Shown here: positions 63,295-64,000 of the stretch, piece after piece | Position numbering within the stretch: position 1 is the stretch's first letter | How the letters are laid out: the number at the start of each line of letters is the position of its first letter | From: Isurus oxyrinchus | Lineage: Eukaryota | Length of the DNA: 64,000 nt | Reading direction: 5' to 3' | NCBI GenBank assembly: GCA_026770705.1 | Contig: JANJGN010000052.1 | Location: 3,782,001-3,846,000 of the forward strand | The notes under the pieces: generated by a model | Seen by the model: only the letters and a program-made list of their open reading frames with translations | Database searches by the model: none | Told to the model about the DNA's origin: nothing | Translations under genes and position numbers: made by a program

Positions 63295-63576
63295 ATGCAC
63301 CACGGAACCTATCAATTACTTCTCTTGATATGATTAACGCTTCATCGATCAATATAATTGAGGGGAATTCTGCAGTGATAATCTGCTCTGTCGAGAGCTT
63401 CCCAGCTTCTAACCTGACGTGGCGACATCTTAATGTCCCAATGAACAGAACAAGTTCCAACAATGAGCTGTGGTTGGTGATTCCTCACGTTACATCCAGG
63501 GACACTGGAGACTATCAGTGTGTGGCAGAGAATGAACATGGAGCAGTGGAGGGGTTCATAACCATCACTGTGGAAC
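63295..63576 (+). CDS. C2-set Ig repeat exon R10 (array continues beyond the window)
   Basis: 282 nt, open, followed by the usual repeat intron up to the window end. Confidence 0.92.
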
Positions 63577-64000
63577 GTGAGTTANNNNNNNNNNNNNNNN
63601 NNNNNNNNNNNNNNNNNNNNNNNNNNNNNNNNNNNNNNNNNNNNNNNNNNNNNNNNNNNNNNNNNNNNNNNNNNNNNNNNNNNNNNNNNNNNNNNNNNNN
63701 NNNNNNNNNNNNNNNNNNNNNNNNNNNNNNNNNNNNNNNNNNNNNNNNNNNNNNNNNNNNNNNNNNNNNNNNNNNNNNNNNNNNNNCATACACATGCACA
63801 CACTCACTCATGCACAGATGTATACAAACAGGCACACGCACACATGCGCATACACACACACACGCACACATAAACATACTCACTAGAGCAAAAACACAAA
63901 CACACAAAAACACACAAACACAAACACATGTGTGAGTTCCCTGTCCTCTCTCAGTGCTGCACTGGAGTCTCGGTATCAGCTCCGATTCTGTGTTGAAGGA

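Noticed and set aside
53283-63539. Recurrent antisense ORFs MLELVLFIGTLRCRH... and MFILCHTLIVSSVPG...
   Set aside because: Shadows of the repeated Ig exon, conserved only because the exon DNA is homogenised.
51573-63576. Rearranging antigen-receptor locus (Ig, IgNAR or TCR)
   Set aside because: The V exon has Siglec Cys and Arg signatures and ends in a splice donor. I saw no heptamer-spacer-nonamer signals and no J segments, and the constant-like exons are C2-set, not C1-set.
48432-64000. Assigning a gene symbol (SIGLEC1, CD22 or MAG)
   Set aside because: Domain count resembles SIGLEC1, the V domains resemble MAG/CD22 and the tail resembles CD33-related Siglecs. Orthology needs phylogeny and synteny.

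Overview
Eukaryotic genomic DNA from a gapped assembly, almost certainly a shark or other cartilaginous fish, judging by the CR1/L2 LINEs, DeuSINE/SacSINE1-like SINEs and minisatellites. The window is part of a rearranging Siglec (sialic-acid-binding Ig-like lectin; CD22/MAG/CD33-related-like) cluster. (1) An intact + strand gene ('gene C') has a leader exon at 48432, a V-set exon with the essential Arg, a Siglec-type second domain, and at least 10 nearly identical 282-nt phase-1 C2-set Ig exons that run off the window end. (2) A - strand 3' half of the same gene type (25073 to 19201) has three more of these C2 exons (one frameshifted), a TM exon and an ITIM+ITSM tail. It lacks a 5' half and breaks in a (TG)n tract at about 25.8 kb. 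(3) An inverted duplication of at least 12.9 kb (1-12920 vs 25815-38769) carries a second, divergent Siglec ('gene B') whose V exon is cut just before the essential Arg by a Gypsy gag/protease remnant. (4) Orphan + strand cytoplasmic-tail exons at 40.5-43.7 kb have lost the ITIM but keep the ITSM. The rest is TEs, solo LTRs, minisatellites and candidate haematopoietic cis-elements. Most long ORFs in the track are repeat artefacts. Exon boundaries were read by hand, and no database search was run.
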